Numbered from the whole stretch's first letter, positions 13,373 through 26,660 are shown. The stretch is DNA of 63,863 nucleotides, filler included, from Choristocarpus tenellus KU-1152 (GCA_964200185.2; 11 parts of 11 records of this genome joined end to end with filler, not necessarily neighbours in it), one strand, 5' to 3'. Numbers and translations: made by a program. Notes: generated by a model not told the origin, from the sequence alone.

Positions 13373-14389
13373 GCAATGTAAATAGCTAGTCGGTATACTT
13401 GACCTACTACTATACTACGTAATAGTATATGATAGGAGTAGCAAGGTGAATTTGCAAGTGCTTTGTTCTTATTTTTTCTATTCAAAGAAGTAAATATATA
13501 CTGAGTATATTAGTAGGTGCTGTGCCTTACGTGCAAAGAAATTACTCGTGATCTGGGATGGCTTATTGCATGGGCAAAGGCAGGTGATTTGGCATCCGCT
13601 TACCACAACACAAGCGAGTTCCTCCTGCTCTCCTTCAGAAAACCAGTCCAATCTACAATAAACTACAATTTTTAGGTTGTGCGTATTGAACAAATCACGA
13701 CTGTATTCACCCGCTGGGTGTGATCCAATGAGTGATTTTACCGGTGGTAAGATGTGACTGGTCGACTGACTGGCCAGTTGCCCGTCTGATGATAACTCAT
13801 TATTTTATCATCACCTACTCATGTTGCACTAGAATTGGGGATGGTCGAGGTACAAACCTCAAGTGATTCTTCTTCCTGCCTTTGGATGGGGGTGGAAGGG
13901 TGGGAGGTGTACTGCTTGCCATAAACGATTCACTTGTCAGCAATATTGCATGTACGTGTGAAAGAGTCATGTGATGCATCTTGACTACGTGCAACAACCC
14001 ACCAGATTTGCCGTTCACGAGGAGGATGTAGTGCTGGCTGGTCTTTGGCTCCGAACTGGGTCAGGGTTAGTGCGTTGTAGTTTGCAGCGCTACTGTAATT
14101 CTATGTAGCACTATGTACCTCAAGTGGTTGAAGGTCGTTGTGAGCGCTGGTTCTAAACTACTAGTCACTGCACTACTAATAGAATTGGAAAATACTACCA
14201 TTTACTTTGAGAATCCATCTGAGGGGGTGCCCTCCCATGTGTGGATTATGACAGTGAGTAGTTGTTTTGGAGAAAACATGGACAAGAGTCCGTCTCAGAA
14301 ATTACCCTCTGGTGGGGATACTGCTTCTGATGGAGAAAAAGGTTCAGTAGTCGATTTCTACGCTCAGGAGTCTTCTTGACATGACCTCC

Positions 14390-16074
14390 GATGAACAAAC
14401 TTTTTTTTGTTGGATTCCTTGATGTTTTGTCGTGAAAACCGTTCTTCATCGCTTTCTTCATACCCATCAATCCACCGATCTACTAAAGCATCGAAAGCCC
14501 CTCTGTCGATCACGACAGATTTCTGCAGACTTCCCTCACTCTGCCTTTGATAGTTCCGGTGTGCTGCACCTTGAAATCGTTACCTCCTAGCTCCTTCAAA
14601 ACTTGACTGTACCTCTTAAAGAGGCTCTGCCGTACATGCTCTTTTCTCCCTTCACAAAGTCGTCTATCATAACACTCCCTCCAAAGTCTACTTCTTAGGG
14701 ATGCAAAGAACCTCAAACTGCTGATATTTTGAGATCAGGTGACTGTGAATGTGGTATTACGAGCTTGACGTTCCACCCTCCCTCCCTCCTGGGTTTGTTG
14801 AGCTTCCATAGTGTATCTCTTCCCGTATAAGGGATGGCTCCATCCTGCTGCGTGATCACCTCCTCACCTACCCTCCATCCACGGCATTTTTCCTTCAGTG
14901 CAAGGAGAAAAGTCTCCGCGTACAACTCCCGGTACCACTCGGAGTCGATGGTTACATCGAAGTTGTACTGCTGCCGCCTCTCACAGCGGTCCGAATTTCT
15001 CTGCGCCTTCTTGATCGAAATGGCGGGAAGATTCTGGGCGCGAAACGGTGCATATGAATATCACCTTTGGAATGCTAATTTTGTGCTGTACCTTGGTGAA
15101 GCCCACCCTTTCCTCACTGGGGAACATGCAGGCGCTCTCCCCGTCATGTATGAGGTAAAACCATGGTTTGTTAATATGAGTCGTGTTGAGGCCACTTCCG
15201 TAACTGATGCGGTTCCTTGCTGCTTGGTCAAGGATTAGATCTGCCTGGTTCTTTTGATGCGTCAGCAACATATGCTCGGGGTATTCCGCCGTTTCACCTT
15301 TGTTGCGCCCTTCACTTTGAGCCATTGCTGAAACTTTGTGCTGGCGGCTACCAGACCAACTTCGGTTAGCTTGACAGACAGCTGATCGAGGGGCACGGTT
15401 CATTTTGCCGCGTTGACCTTTCGAATCTTGGCACGCTTTGTCGGTGTGAATTCCGATGGCTGCCCACTTAGTGACGCTGATTTCAGCGAGAGCATGTTGC
15501 CATTGTCCAATTGTTCTCGTACATGCGCCCACAGTTGTCTCGGATATTGTATTTCGACTCCAAACTACCCTGCTGACTCTGGTTCAACGCCTTTTGGAAG
15601 CAATTTCTTACCAGGTGGTAGCGCTAAAGCGTAGTGTACGGTCAGCGTGTTTCGACCTTCCCCGCCCAACTTGCAATTTTTGCCCCTTGCTGATGGGGTT
15701 CCTCCCAGCAAAAGGGGGCGTACTCGCCAGAGTGACCATGTTGGGTCCGGGACTGATGTCGCAGATGATCCAAGGGCTAAGCGAGAGTTGTATGGCTCTT
15801 GGCGAGGTGCTGAGATGTTGTGTGACAATGGGGGGTCGTTGTATCTGTCCCCAAGTGCAGCGCGGCCACTGAAAATGGGACTGAAAAGGACCGTTTTTCG
15901 GTTCCACTTTTCTGAACAGATTCAGAAAGATTTCGGAACGAAATGCGCAAAACAAATCCTCTCCGAACAATTACATCCAGAGCTTCAAATTTAGGCATAC
16001 AACACTGGGAAAGTCTTCGTGTTGGTGAAGAAACTGCCAACACAAAAAGTGACAGACTCATCGGACAGAGGGAG
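14390..16074 (-). mobile_element. Degenerate Tc1/mariner of the plant-type (DD39D-like, Soymar/Osmar) lineage with one Stowaway-type TIR
   Basis: Motifs are HINKPWFYL (cf. HVDEKWFYL), KVIFICTVSRP (cf. KVMFLAAVARP), QQDGA..GGWNVKLV..QSPDL and RFFASL. TIR CTCCCTCTGTCC ends at 16074 with flanking TA at 16075-16076. There are frameshifts and stops, and the other TIR was not found. Confidence 0.85.
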
Positions 16075-16721
16075 TATTATATTCTTTATTAGTTTCATCA
16101 AGGGACCTATTTATTATTATTAGTAGTAGTATTATGAGTGACTACCAGTCGTTACAAAGAACTTTCCTCACAAAGTAAAGGACCGTGACATGTGCTCAGT
16201 ATCTATCCCTCCCACCCAAGAACACTTTCAGATGTTGTACTATTATCTTTCATTTTGTTTCCACCACGCATTTTGCAGGTAGATATATGTAATTAGAATA
16301 GATGTGGTTGAGCTATTGTGCTCTCGGCTTTGCATATATATATATATACGCACAAAATCTTCAGTCGAAGGCTCCCCCAAAATCTCTCTATCTCCACGTT
16401 ATTATTGCTTCCTTAATCTACTCGTAGGCTACACTTCCATACTTACTTGGTGAGTCAGTCTACATAGTAGTAGCAAATAGCTGGATGATGAGGAGTAAGG
16501 GGGCGAGGTAGACTGAAATTGAAAGCTTAACTGTGGTGTCACTTTCTGTGTGGAAAGAACAGTGGATTTCAAAAATGGAGGATGGAGCGGGGTTATGAGG
16601 ATTGTTGTTTTGCGAAAACGGTCTTGAAAAAGTACCGAAAGGCCTTTTTTTGCAACTGTTTTTGCACTTGGAAGGGCCCGGGATATGTCCTTTTTTTGGA
16701 AATGTTTCGGCACTTTTTAAG

Positions 16722-16821
16722 NNNNNNNNNNNNNNNNNNNNNNNNNNNNNNNNNNNNNNNNNNNNTTAATTAATTAANNNNNNNNNNNNNNNNNNNNNNN
16801 NNNNNNNNNNNNNNNNNNNNN
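16722..16821. other. Artificial contig linker
   Basis: N44-TTAATTAATTAA-N44. Confidence 0.98.
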
Positions 16822-16822
16822 C

Positions 16823-17473
16823 TACAACATTGCCCCCCCTGGTAGCAGTGGTACTAGTGGTCCTGGTGGTGTGGCTAGTGGAAATGCTGGTATTAATATG
16901 GGCTCTACCTCAGGCTATGTACCTCCCCAACAGAGTGGGGGGTTCAGGGGTGGAAGCCCAGGTACCATGGACCCCAATAGTGTTCCCAAGCCCCAGCCTG
17001 GAGGAGCAGGTGAGTACAGTAATGAAAGACCTGGAGGGGCTGCTCCCCCTGCCAGTGGAGGATACAGGAATGAACCAACCATGCCTCCCCCTTCACAGGG
17101 TGCGTATCAGAGTGTTGCTGATGTTGGTCCTCGCTTTGATGAGCGTTTGGACGGGAAAGGTGGGAATGGAGTCCCTTCAGGACAAAATCGACCTGGGACC
17201 AGTGGTCCAGGTCCTTACGTGGAACTTGGTAGAGGTCGACCATACGGAGGTGGCCCTGAGTTTGGGGGTGCTGGAGGTCAATTTGGTGGTAATGGAGGAG
17301 GTGATGCTTGGGGAGGGAGTTTCGGAGGTGGGAAAGGCGTAGCTGGTGGGGGGGATCCCCTTCCTGTTGGGAGAGTGGGGGGGGCCTATGGAGCCCCCCC
17401 AGTGAGTGCTGCACCTGCTGGGCAATGGCATGGTAATGCTGGAGGACCAGCAGGAGGAATGCCTGGCCGTTAA
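16823..17473 (+). CDS. Terminal exon of a Gly/Pro-rich low-complexity protein (5' part outside contig)
   Basis: The frame is open from the contig start to TAA, with strong GGN/CCN codon periodicity and G/P/S/Y/N-rich composition including RGG-like motifs. An AT-richer, UTR-like sequence follows. Confidence 0.7.
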   Translation, partial: YNIAPPGSSGTSGPGGVASGNAGINMGSTSGYVPPQQSGGFRGGSPGTMDPNSVPKPQPGGAGEYSNERPGGAAPPASGGYRNEPTMPPPSQGAYQSVADVGPRFDERLDGKGGNGVPSGQNRPGTSGPGPYVELGRGRPYGGGPEFGGAGGQFGGNGGGDAWGGSFGGGKGVAGGGDPLPVGRVGGAYGAPPVSAAPAGQWHGNAGGPAGGMPGR

Positions 17474-20400
17474 AGATCAAAATGATGTCTTCAGCATTTG
17501 CTAAGAATTGATGCCTCCAATAATTTTTTAGTGTGTTGGTGGATTGATAGTGTTCCAGCTCTTTTCACAACCCAGATACTGAAGTCATGACTTGGAGCAA
17601 GGAAAATATGAGGGTATGGAAAAGGGAAGTTTGAGACAATGCAGTTTCAGATATGGCCATAAAATGAGGTCATTTATAAAGAAAAAGGGGACCGAAAGAA
17701 TGGGTCTCAGTCAGGAAAATGATGGAATGGAAAGGATGTTTGGAAGAGAGTGAAATTATTTCTGCCATGGCAAGGACACACTTTTGCTTGCACAAGCAGG
17801 CTCTCAGGGATTTCATATGAGTTCAACCAGTAAGACATTCGTAATTTGCCTATGAAGAGTACAAGAGGATAGTTGGTTGTGGACATCCATGGGTTGATAG
17901 GATAGGTAGTGGATCTGTTGTAAATCTACATGGCCCTCTTGTACTAATTGCCTAAGCTGGTTATCCACTTACTTATATATTGCTTGATTGGACGGTGGAT
18001 ACATCTTCGCTCTCACCATGACCGTAGGGCATCAACTATTGGGTGTGAGGGCGGAGGACGAAAAAAGCTGTTGTGGTCCGGTTTTGCCATAAGGGATACA
18101 TGAGTCTGTTATGTCCTAATTTGAGTTGCGTAACATGGCTTGAAACGACATGGTGACAGAAATACGTTGTAATATGGGGGGGGGGGGGTTCTGATATCTG
18201 AGTCATTTTTTATGTGGGTTATTCCATAGTTTGTAGTCTCTACACTTGTGGTGGATGGTACATCTTCTATGAATTTTGTGGAAGATGTGTGCATAATATG
18301 GCCTGACCTGAATAGTATCAAGAGGGCACAGCTGTGTGCGATGAGACTGCACAACATTGTTCCGCCCCGCTATCATTACCTCCCACCATTATTCAGTAGC
18401 ATATTGTCCTGTTTGATGGGTTTCTGTTTTGTTTTGCTTAGCGAGAATCAAGATGTGTTGAGGAGGGAGCTGGGTTGATTGTAGTGGGGTAGTTACGGTG
18501 AGTATGCTGTCTAGGTTCTCTCGCCCTTGACGGAAAAGACAAAGTGGATCTACATTCATTCATGTAGTTTGATTCATCGGGATTGGTGCGTATTGCATTG
18601 GTGAATGTCAGCAATAATTAATTTTCATTTTGTCTAGTCGTGCAGCAAGCTGGCTGGTTAATGCAGGGGGAGTATATTGTGGTGATATTGCCGTGTCAGG
18701 AAGAGAAGCAGGATGGGTGTTCTCAAGCACCAAGTTATCTTTTGTAGTAGATTTCCATGTCGCCTTCTAGGTAATATATACATTGATAAACGTTAAGTAT
18801 ACTATGCGGAGAAAGACTTTTTTTGTTGCTGTTGGTGCGGCACTGTTGTAGTGCCTTCTTGATACCGCTTAGGCCAGTTGACCATTCCAAAACATAATGA
18901 ACCTGAGGCCACGAACGTATGAACATAATCAATTAGAGGCAACCATTATGGATTGAAGCAAGAAAGTATCTTGTGCTCATGTTTCTGAACTGTGCATTTG
19001 TGAACACTGAGGGTGGAGTGTACTGTGATGTATTGGTTGCTACTGAACTGTGTCACTGTTTTGGAACGCATTTTAGCCTGTGTATCAGGAGGTGATAATT
19101 GGATCTTCAACGTTTACCAAACTTGAAGGTTAGCAATACCTATTTGCTGTCTCTGAATATTTCACATACATGTATCAAACATGGACTGAGGTAATTACCT
19201 GCATGTTTGTGCAATCGGCAGTATGTGGTGATAACACAGCAAGAGAGCCCCCGCCACGTTCGAGTCCTTGTAAGAACTTGCATAGAAGCAATGCATGCAT
19301 TTCTTTGTGAGTGGTTGAAAGGACAGCGTGCATGTGGATGTGGAACTCATAGCCTTGTTCTGTGCTGGGTATGGTGGATGCCTTAGTTTGTTCACGATGA
19401 CTTACACAGTTGACCCTTTCTGTGGACACCAAGAACCTTCTACTTTGAAGTCAGCGGAGCGTTGATGGTGATCCATATGTGTTGTTTCATGGCTTCTAAG
19501 GCTAGCAGCCACTACTCCAGGCAAACAATGGGCACAGCACTCCATGTTATTTGAAGCAACTCACATAGTGGCCTACGGGGAGCACCAAAACTAGTAACCA
19601 GAGATATCCTTGACTGACCAATTCACTGACTGATCATTGTTTTCGTGCTTAAATAGGCAAGTGACCCCTAAAAGGTTGGCTTTCTACCTCAACATACGAA
19701 TGTTATATTACTATCCAGCGATTGGGCTTAATGGATTGGTCCGTAGTAACAATCAGATCAACTCACCTCTGCGTAAGTGTTCGGTACAGCAGTGCTTCAA
19801 AGCGAAGTATGCAGTGCCTCTATTACTTCACTGTGGCTGGGAGGTACTAATTTGGTGAGGTTTCATTACCATGGTGCAGATTGAGCAGGTTGATCACGAC
19901 TGAGCAAGCAAGAGTTGTATCTGTTATTTTTCAACGTCTCTGATGAAGCGATGAGGCATGTCCTCAAGTTGAAATACCCTTCTTCAAAATAGGGGATACA
20001 GATGCCCAAAATTGCTTCCTTCTACTCCCTTGAAGCTTGATCACAACAGCTGTCATGGGAATAGAAGAATAAATCATCACCAATGGCTGAACGAAGAAGC
20101 TAAATTAAATTATAAGACACCTCCTGTGGTTGAGACATTGGAAATTTTGTTATCTGTAAAACCAAATTAGAGAGTTCTGTCAAATATAGTATTCATAAAC
20201 GACCGATGGGGATTGGAATTTCACTATACTAGCAACATTTCCAACACCAATGGAATGACCTGGATTATGTTGCACTGTGCTAATGCTGTATTATCGTCTT
20301 GCTTGCCCTGCACGTTTTCCATCTCCTCCATCTGCAAGTGTTTGGTTACATAGTAAATGGGGTGACACTGAAATTGTCTCGGTTGATTGCTTTTGAATGT

Positions 20401-20898
20401 CAGGTACAGTGTCAATATAGCAAATGTGGAGGTGTTCCTTTCGCACCCTTCTGTAAAATTTGTATGCAATGGAAGTCACAGCTTGAATAGGACTGTGTGC
20501 AATGAGCTCAAATCCCAATGTAAGATTATGATGCGCTGTGAAGATCCTCATGGGTTCTCTTTTTTATTCTGGGCTTGACTCCTTGACTCTTGTTCACATC
20601 ACTCTCAAAATGTGAATCTGTTTGCTGGGTCCCGCCTTGTTTGCTTCTAGTATTGGGTGTTGTGAGGGGTGTACGTCTATGTGCTGCAGCAGTAGAACAT
20701 GAACAGCAGAGTGTTGATACGTATTATTGGTCGAAAGATGGTTGGGTACACCAACAAAATGTCCACACTGAAAGTGGAAGGAAAAACTTCATGTGGGATC
20801 AACTCTCAGGGCACTGCTTTCGAGTTTTTTCTCTCTTACGCAGACCAAGGCTACGCGGACTGCATCATACACATTCGCTCGGTTCTCCTCTCTGTCGT

Positions 20899-21004
20899 GG
20901 GTCAAAGTATCCGGGGGGGGGTGTCGGTGTCCGTTTTTCACCCTTTTGACTCAAAATATCTGTGGGGGGGGGGGGTCTGCACCAGGGTGTCCATTTGACC
21001 CATA
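20899..21004 (+). mobile_element. MITE family C left end (20899-20947) interrupted by a family B end (20948-21004)
   Basis: Two consecutive TIRs, GGGTCAAAGTATC(G)n and GACTCAAAATATCT(G)n. The interiors match 58105 (C) and 63440 (B). Confidence 0.75.
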
Positions 21005-21104
21005 NNNNNNNNNNNNNNNNNNNNNNNNNNNNNNNNNNNNNNNNNNNNTTAATTAATTAANNNNNNNNNNNNNNNNNNNNNNNNNNNNNNNNNNNNNNNN
21101 NNNN
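21005..21104. other. Artificial contig linker
   Basis: N44-TTAATTAATTAA-N44. Confidence 0.98.
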
Positions 21105-21127
21105 CCCCCCCCAAGATACTTTGACCC
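21105..21127. mobile_element. MITE B/C TIR end at contig start
   Basis: (C)nAAGATACTTTGACCC. Confidence 0.7.
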
Positions 21128-21703
21128 ACAAGAGACATCAAATCAGTCCCTGACCACATAAATTCCACTAGATCTAGACCCCCAGCAAAGACCAATGCTT
21201 TTGAAGTAGTGTCAATACAAAAATCGAAAAGATCCTCCAGAATTGCAAACCGCCAACTATCTATGTCATACAGCGGTAAGAGGGTGGAAACAGAAGAGCA
21301 CTACCATAAGAAATAATACAGCTTCACAAAGACCAATCAGTTGGATTTCCAATCACAAACTACAACCCAGAGCCCATCATAACCACCTATCCATAAAATA
21401 GAACCAATGATAAATCCTTATTTGAACACAACAGATTGCAGGTAGGAAACATATCTATAGCACAAGTGCAGACAGGTAACAATAGTGGCCTCATACTAAG
21501 TTAATTTAAGCAATACAACAAACAAAACGCGTTGCACAGGTACACAATTAATCAGTAGTCGCAACTAAAATTCAGTTTTACCATCATTGCAAATCCGTTA
21601 AATAAATCAATGGTGACAGACACCGGAATGCAGACCCTACACCATTCCAAACACCGAAAGAGATTAAAAATAACTCAATTCTCGCTTGTTTTTCCAATGA
21701 AAA

Positions 21704-21961
21704 GAGTGCACGTATCTCAGAGGATACGAGTTTTGCCCTGTTTGTCCATTTAGGGTTTGGATTCCCATGTTGTTTTTTCTACATTTTCCGGCTTCAAAAT
21801 ATTTAGGAGTACGTAAAATGTATATGTTACGAAAAGGTGTATCCGGAACAAGGATATTGACACTTCCTAACAAAGACAATAGCCAATATTACTTCCAAAT
21901 CGCAACATTTGATTTTGGCCCCCAAATGGACACGGCTCTACCTTCTAAGATACTTTGGCTC
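21704..21961 (+). mobile_element. MITE family A, full length, TSD AAAA
   Basis: GAGTGCACGTATCTCAGAGG...CCTTCTAAGATACTTTGGCTC; homologous to the other A copies. Confidence 0.9.
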
Positions 21962-23349
21962 AAAAGTACTCAAGAAGTAAGTACTACAAAAGCATACTGC
22001 AGTCTACTAAAACTTGCCACACAATTAATAACTTGCAAGTAGATAGGGTCCTTTCAATTAAATTAATATTGAAACATAACACTTCAAGGTAAGAACAGGA
22101 GGATGTTCTTCAGGTTTCTCAGGACCTACCTACATTTCGACAGCGAAAATCAATACGACCTATCACAACATGTGGGGGTGAAGTCAACTACTATTGGATT
22201 GATAGGACATCTGCAAGAGGAGTAGCCAGGCCCCCACCTCCTGAGGGTGGAGGAACAACTAAATCCGAGGTGCTTGCCGTGATGGCACGCCTCAACAACC
22301 CTCCACTTGCCTGTGAAAAGGTCGGTGTCAGGACTCCAACTCACGAGGGACAAGGAGACAACCAGACAACCCCTGGAGGAGGAGACCTTCCTAATCCTGA
22401 CATAAAGGCCGTGGTGCATAGCATTCGACCACCGACTATCCATGTACCGATCGGAGTCGGGCCCAAACCATACGTAAAGGTTGTAGGCTTCTGAGCATCC
22501 AGTGAATCATTCCTGCCCTGCACATGACCCTTCCTAACTCAAACATCATCATCGAACCCACCACGATCCAAAAACTGTGGCGGATTCAAAGATACCGTTC
22601 GAGATAGGAAGAGTCATATGCACGACAATAATTATCCACTATTTGCTCTCAGAACCCTACACCCCTGAGGGATGATGGCCTAGGCCCAACTTCAGCCAGC
22701 ACACGGTCAGCACACAGCCAAGTGCTATGCACTATGACCAGGACGGCGGGATTATGCCCACCATCAACTCAAATACCATATATCCTAAACAGTGGCTCCT
22801 GCCCCTGTTGTAGCTCCATAAGTCCTACACAGACCCTCCACAGGACTGGAAACTCCTGTAGTTCTTCATGGGTACGCTCATCTTGTCCCTCGGCAAGCAC
22901 TGGTTCAGAAATGACCAACGAAGGGACAAAACCAATAGCTACTTATATTGTGTTGAAGTATGGTCCGCCTCAAGTGAGAGTAGGAATGATGAACCGTAGG
23001 AGGTTGGGTGATGTTGCAAAAGAGTGGTCAGTTTACATGAACCAAAAAGGCATTAGACCACTAATCTTATTGCTGGGAGTATTTCTCATCCAAGTAGCAC
23101 ATACAACGTAGCTTTGGGTTTGCCAACGAATGGCCAAATACCCATCCTATACTCTACTACTAGTACTACTACTACTACTCTTGTGGTAAAAAATATAATT
23201 CTCCGATATATGTAGTTGGAATGAGTCCTTTCGAACATCTTCACACGAATCAAGAATCACCCAACCACTTTCCACGTACCACATATCCCACCCCTACCAC
23301 ATCCAACAAGTACAAACGCACCTCTTCTCTCATTCATGCTACACTACAG

Positions 23350-25865
23350 TGTCAGTCCTACAGACTTATTCAACGCCATCGTACATGACTCTGTCCAATT
23401 TCCTAAAGAGGTGAGACCGTCACCCTTGCCATGCTCAAACATTATCAATTGTACTTCTGTATCGTGAAATGGTAGTCATCACTCTCCTTTCCAAGAGTTT
23501 CAACAAGCAATACTCCATTGCGGTTTTCCATTGAGGGCTCTCCGATGTGTACACTGTGTGTATTTTTATCCTCAGTGCGTCATGGTCCCAAAAACAATAG
23601 TAGGGTGTGTTGTAGAAGGTTCGATACCTGAGAGTCAAAGTAAGCGAGAGGTACGAAGGTTTTGGCTGTTTTATATTTTATGACAATTTTTCTATCTTAC
23701 GGAATTCATCCATATTTATATGGATGAAGTGCTAAGTTTGACTTGAGAGCATTGATTTCTCTATAGTTTGAGACTTTTCCACAGAACTCAGAAAATATCC
23801 TACACATATTTGTAAAAAAGGTCAAAAGATGCACATATTTGTCAAAGCAACTTTCTGGATACCTCTCGCTTTCTTCGACTTTGAGAACTTCATTCTTCAA
23901 AGTGCAGGAGTTTTTTTAGACACTGCCCTATGTATCTTTTGTATGATCCAAACAGAGTACTAAACCTTGACTCACTCCAGAGACCGTGATATAGGACTAC
24001 AGTATCCAATAATATTAAATCCTTCCACAACTGTTTCAGTGTGAGATCTTTTCAAGTTCTCGTCAACTTTCTCTGTCGTGGGGTGTCATAGGATCATTAT
24101 CATGTTGGTCTGTTACTACCTGCCGCTGCCCTTTGTGGCCTTTGTCGCTATGTTGATACATTCCTGGGTATGTAGAAACGGTTCATCATGAGGGCATACT
24201 GACAACCTAAACATCAACAGTCAAACCAATTGAGGGGTAGGCACGATTACATTATAGGGATCCCAAGAAAGCGCAAAAAGATGTCATGTTGTACAAATGA
24301 AGAAAGAGCCTTTGATGAACCGTAGTGTCATTTTGTGTGTGGAAAGAGGGAACATCAATTTTGTGTACACTATTGTGGACGTTAAACAATGAAATAGAGT
24401 GAATTGCAGGGGGTAAGAAAGTAGCTTAGAATGCAGAAGGATCCAAACCCACCTACCTCCCAATTGGTTTGGATCTGAACCTCCTGAGAGCATTTGTTCT
24501 ATTACTTCCCATCATTTGAGAGTCAAAGTATCTTATAGGGTAAAGCCGGGTCGTTTGGCGGGCCAAAATCCAATGTTGCGATTTTGATGTAATTTTGGCT
24601 ATCGTGTTTGTTAGGAAGTGTCAATATCCTTGTTCTGGACACACCTTTTCATAGTTTTATACATGATACCTACTCCAAAACAGTATATTTATTTCATTTA
24701 CTCCGAAACATTTCTGAGTAGGAAAGTGTCATAAAAAAACAGTGGGAACCCAAGCCCTAAACGGACAAACAGGGCAAAGCTCGTACCCACTAAGATACTT
24801 TCACTCTGACCAAAGAAAGATAGCTCCAAAGGCTTACGCTTTACTCACCCCTCCACTCTTTCATCCTTCCTTACTTTTCCTTATCCATACTGGTACGTTC
24901 TGTCTGTACAACCTCCTCATCAGGCAAAGGACGAAGGAGTGCAGGACTTGCTCCTGAAGATTCTTGAAAAGGATATGACTAAGAGGATCACCATTGCTGA
25001 GGCCCGGAGTCACAGCTGGACACAATTTCAGGCTGCTCCCAAGCTAGCAGATCGTACCTTCCTGCCCCCTCCAGTGGATATCACAGAGAATGATGTCAGG
25101 GACACTGTTACAAGGGCATACAGCACAGTGATGGTAGTAAGTTTTCAAGAATGATATGCATATGGAATAGTCAACCATATTGGTGGGCCAAACTCTATAC
25201 TGGCAGTAAGAAGTTTTTTTTCAAGGCTTAGCTAGATCTGACCACAATCCAAACTCATTCGGATGAGGAATGCACCGTAACAGTTGATGGGATGTCTGCT
25301 CTCAAAAAAATAAGTCGGGCTTATGCAACCCTACAATCATTTGTCACCCATTTGCTTTCACTGACCAAAGCTCATCAAGATATATCACCCGAGATAGATA
25401 GATACCCAGAGAACGTTGACATCAAGTGTCTATGATGTTTTACAGAAGTGAAGTACACCCAACTGAAACCTGGAATATGTTGAAGTAGAGTAGATGGTTT
25501 TATCCAACCAATTACTCTCAATCCAAAACTGGGTACTTTTGAGATCCCTTTCCGGTTTGTTTGTTAGATGTCTACATCACCAATTGGAACTCCAACCAAC
25601 TACCAATGCAACCAATATTTAGAAATTCTTGACGCCAATCACAATACAATGTCTTCTATCAATCCCACCTCTACAGATTGATTCTATTCCAAATCGCCAA
25701 CAATATGGGCTAGATACAACTGGCTTGGAAACTCTTTCTCCCTCCGGCCCTGTGCCCATAACATCTTTGGTCGAGAAGGCAACTGGGGAGAAGGGAACAA
25801 GAAAACTTCGATCCTCTCAGGACTGGATCAGGCGGAGATCTTCAGAGATGTGCATCTTGAGTTGA
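23350..25865 (+). CDS. Ser/Thr protein kinase, CaMKK/LKB1/GRIK-like, 3' exons 23350-23410, 24924-25136 and 25677-25865; C-terminal CaaX (CILS)
   Basis: Phase-compatible AG/GT junctions. Subdomain X reads TDLFNAIVHDSVQFP and subdomain XI reads QDLLLKILEKDMTKRITIAEARSHSW. The post-kinase VDITENDVRDTV resembles CaMKK VEVTEEEV(K/E)NSV. Confidence 0.8.
23632..23881 (+). mobile_element. MITE family E (~250 bp), intronic
   Basis: TIRs GAGTCAAAGTAAGCGAGAGGTA...TACCTCTCGCTTTCTTCGACT; homologous to 26661-26918. Confidence 0.7.
24218..24475 (+). mobile_element. MITE family D, intronic
   Basis: AGTCAAACCAATTGAGGGGTAGG...CCTACCTCCCAATTGGTTTGGATC. Confidence 0.7.
24520..24806 (-). mobile_element. MITE family A, intronic, flanked by TGA/TGA
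   Basis: GAGTCAAAGTATCTTATAGGG...CCCACTAAGATACTTTCACTC, with a small internal duplication. Confidence 0.9.
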
Positions 25866-26660
25866 CAAATAATCCCCTGGGGAGTAGGGTGCAGGGTCTG
25901 TTTCTTGAATCATCACTGATTTAGAGAGCTAGAGAGAGTTGTGTACTTCAAAACTCGTAGATAAAGAGGCAGACATTCCCATAGTTGGCAACCCCTTCGG
26001 AAATCAAAACTTATATTCCGGTGCAATGTTTCCAAATTGAAAGTTGCTGGTTTGGTGTGCAGAAAGTTTTCCCCTTCCTTTGTCAATATGTGTATTCCTA
26101 AAGCTAATATTCAAGGGCCTCTTCTGGGCAAGGTGGATGGATGGATGGTAGTTGGTGGCAAGCTTATGTGATGCACGTTTGTCAGAAGAGGCATCTTTTT
26201 CAGACACATACTCTGCCCTTGGACCGAGAGGTATGCTGTTTGACGTTTCAGCTAGTTGTATTCCAATGCCCACATTTGTCTGTTTCCAGCGTAAGTGAGT
26301 ACATAAAACAGCATGACCCTTGGCCATGAGTACAGAGATCAAGTATGGCATCCGACAAAGACCTGACTCATGGTCTGGTCCTGGCTGAAATCTCAAGGAG
26401 GTTGTGTCCCTATGTCAAGTCAAAAATCCCCCTGGTCTGGTTAACTTTCTATGGCATGTCTCCCCCCCCACCTGCCCATCCCATCTAATTCTATCACACC
26501 TTACCACCTCCTGAAAACCCCATTGATTGAGTCCCTGAATGGGTTATGAATTGGAGTTCAGAGTATGGTTAGCTCTCATGTCAGTTCAATATCCGGTTCC
26601 TCAGAAGGAATTCGGAGTCGATTGAATTCTTGTGGAACCGATCCCATTCAAAATAGGATA

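Noticed and set aside
22100-22960. Possible LINE 3' remnant (CPCC motif, coding-like composition)
   Set aside because: Too decayed to assign a diagnostic motif by eye.
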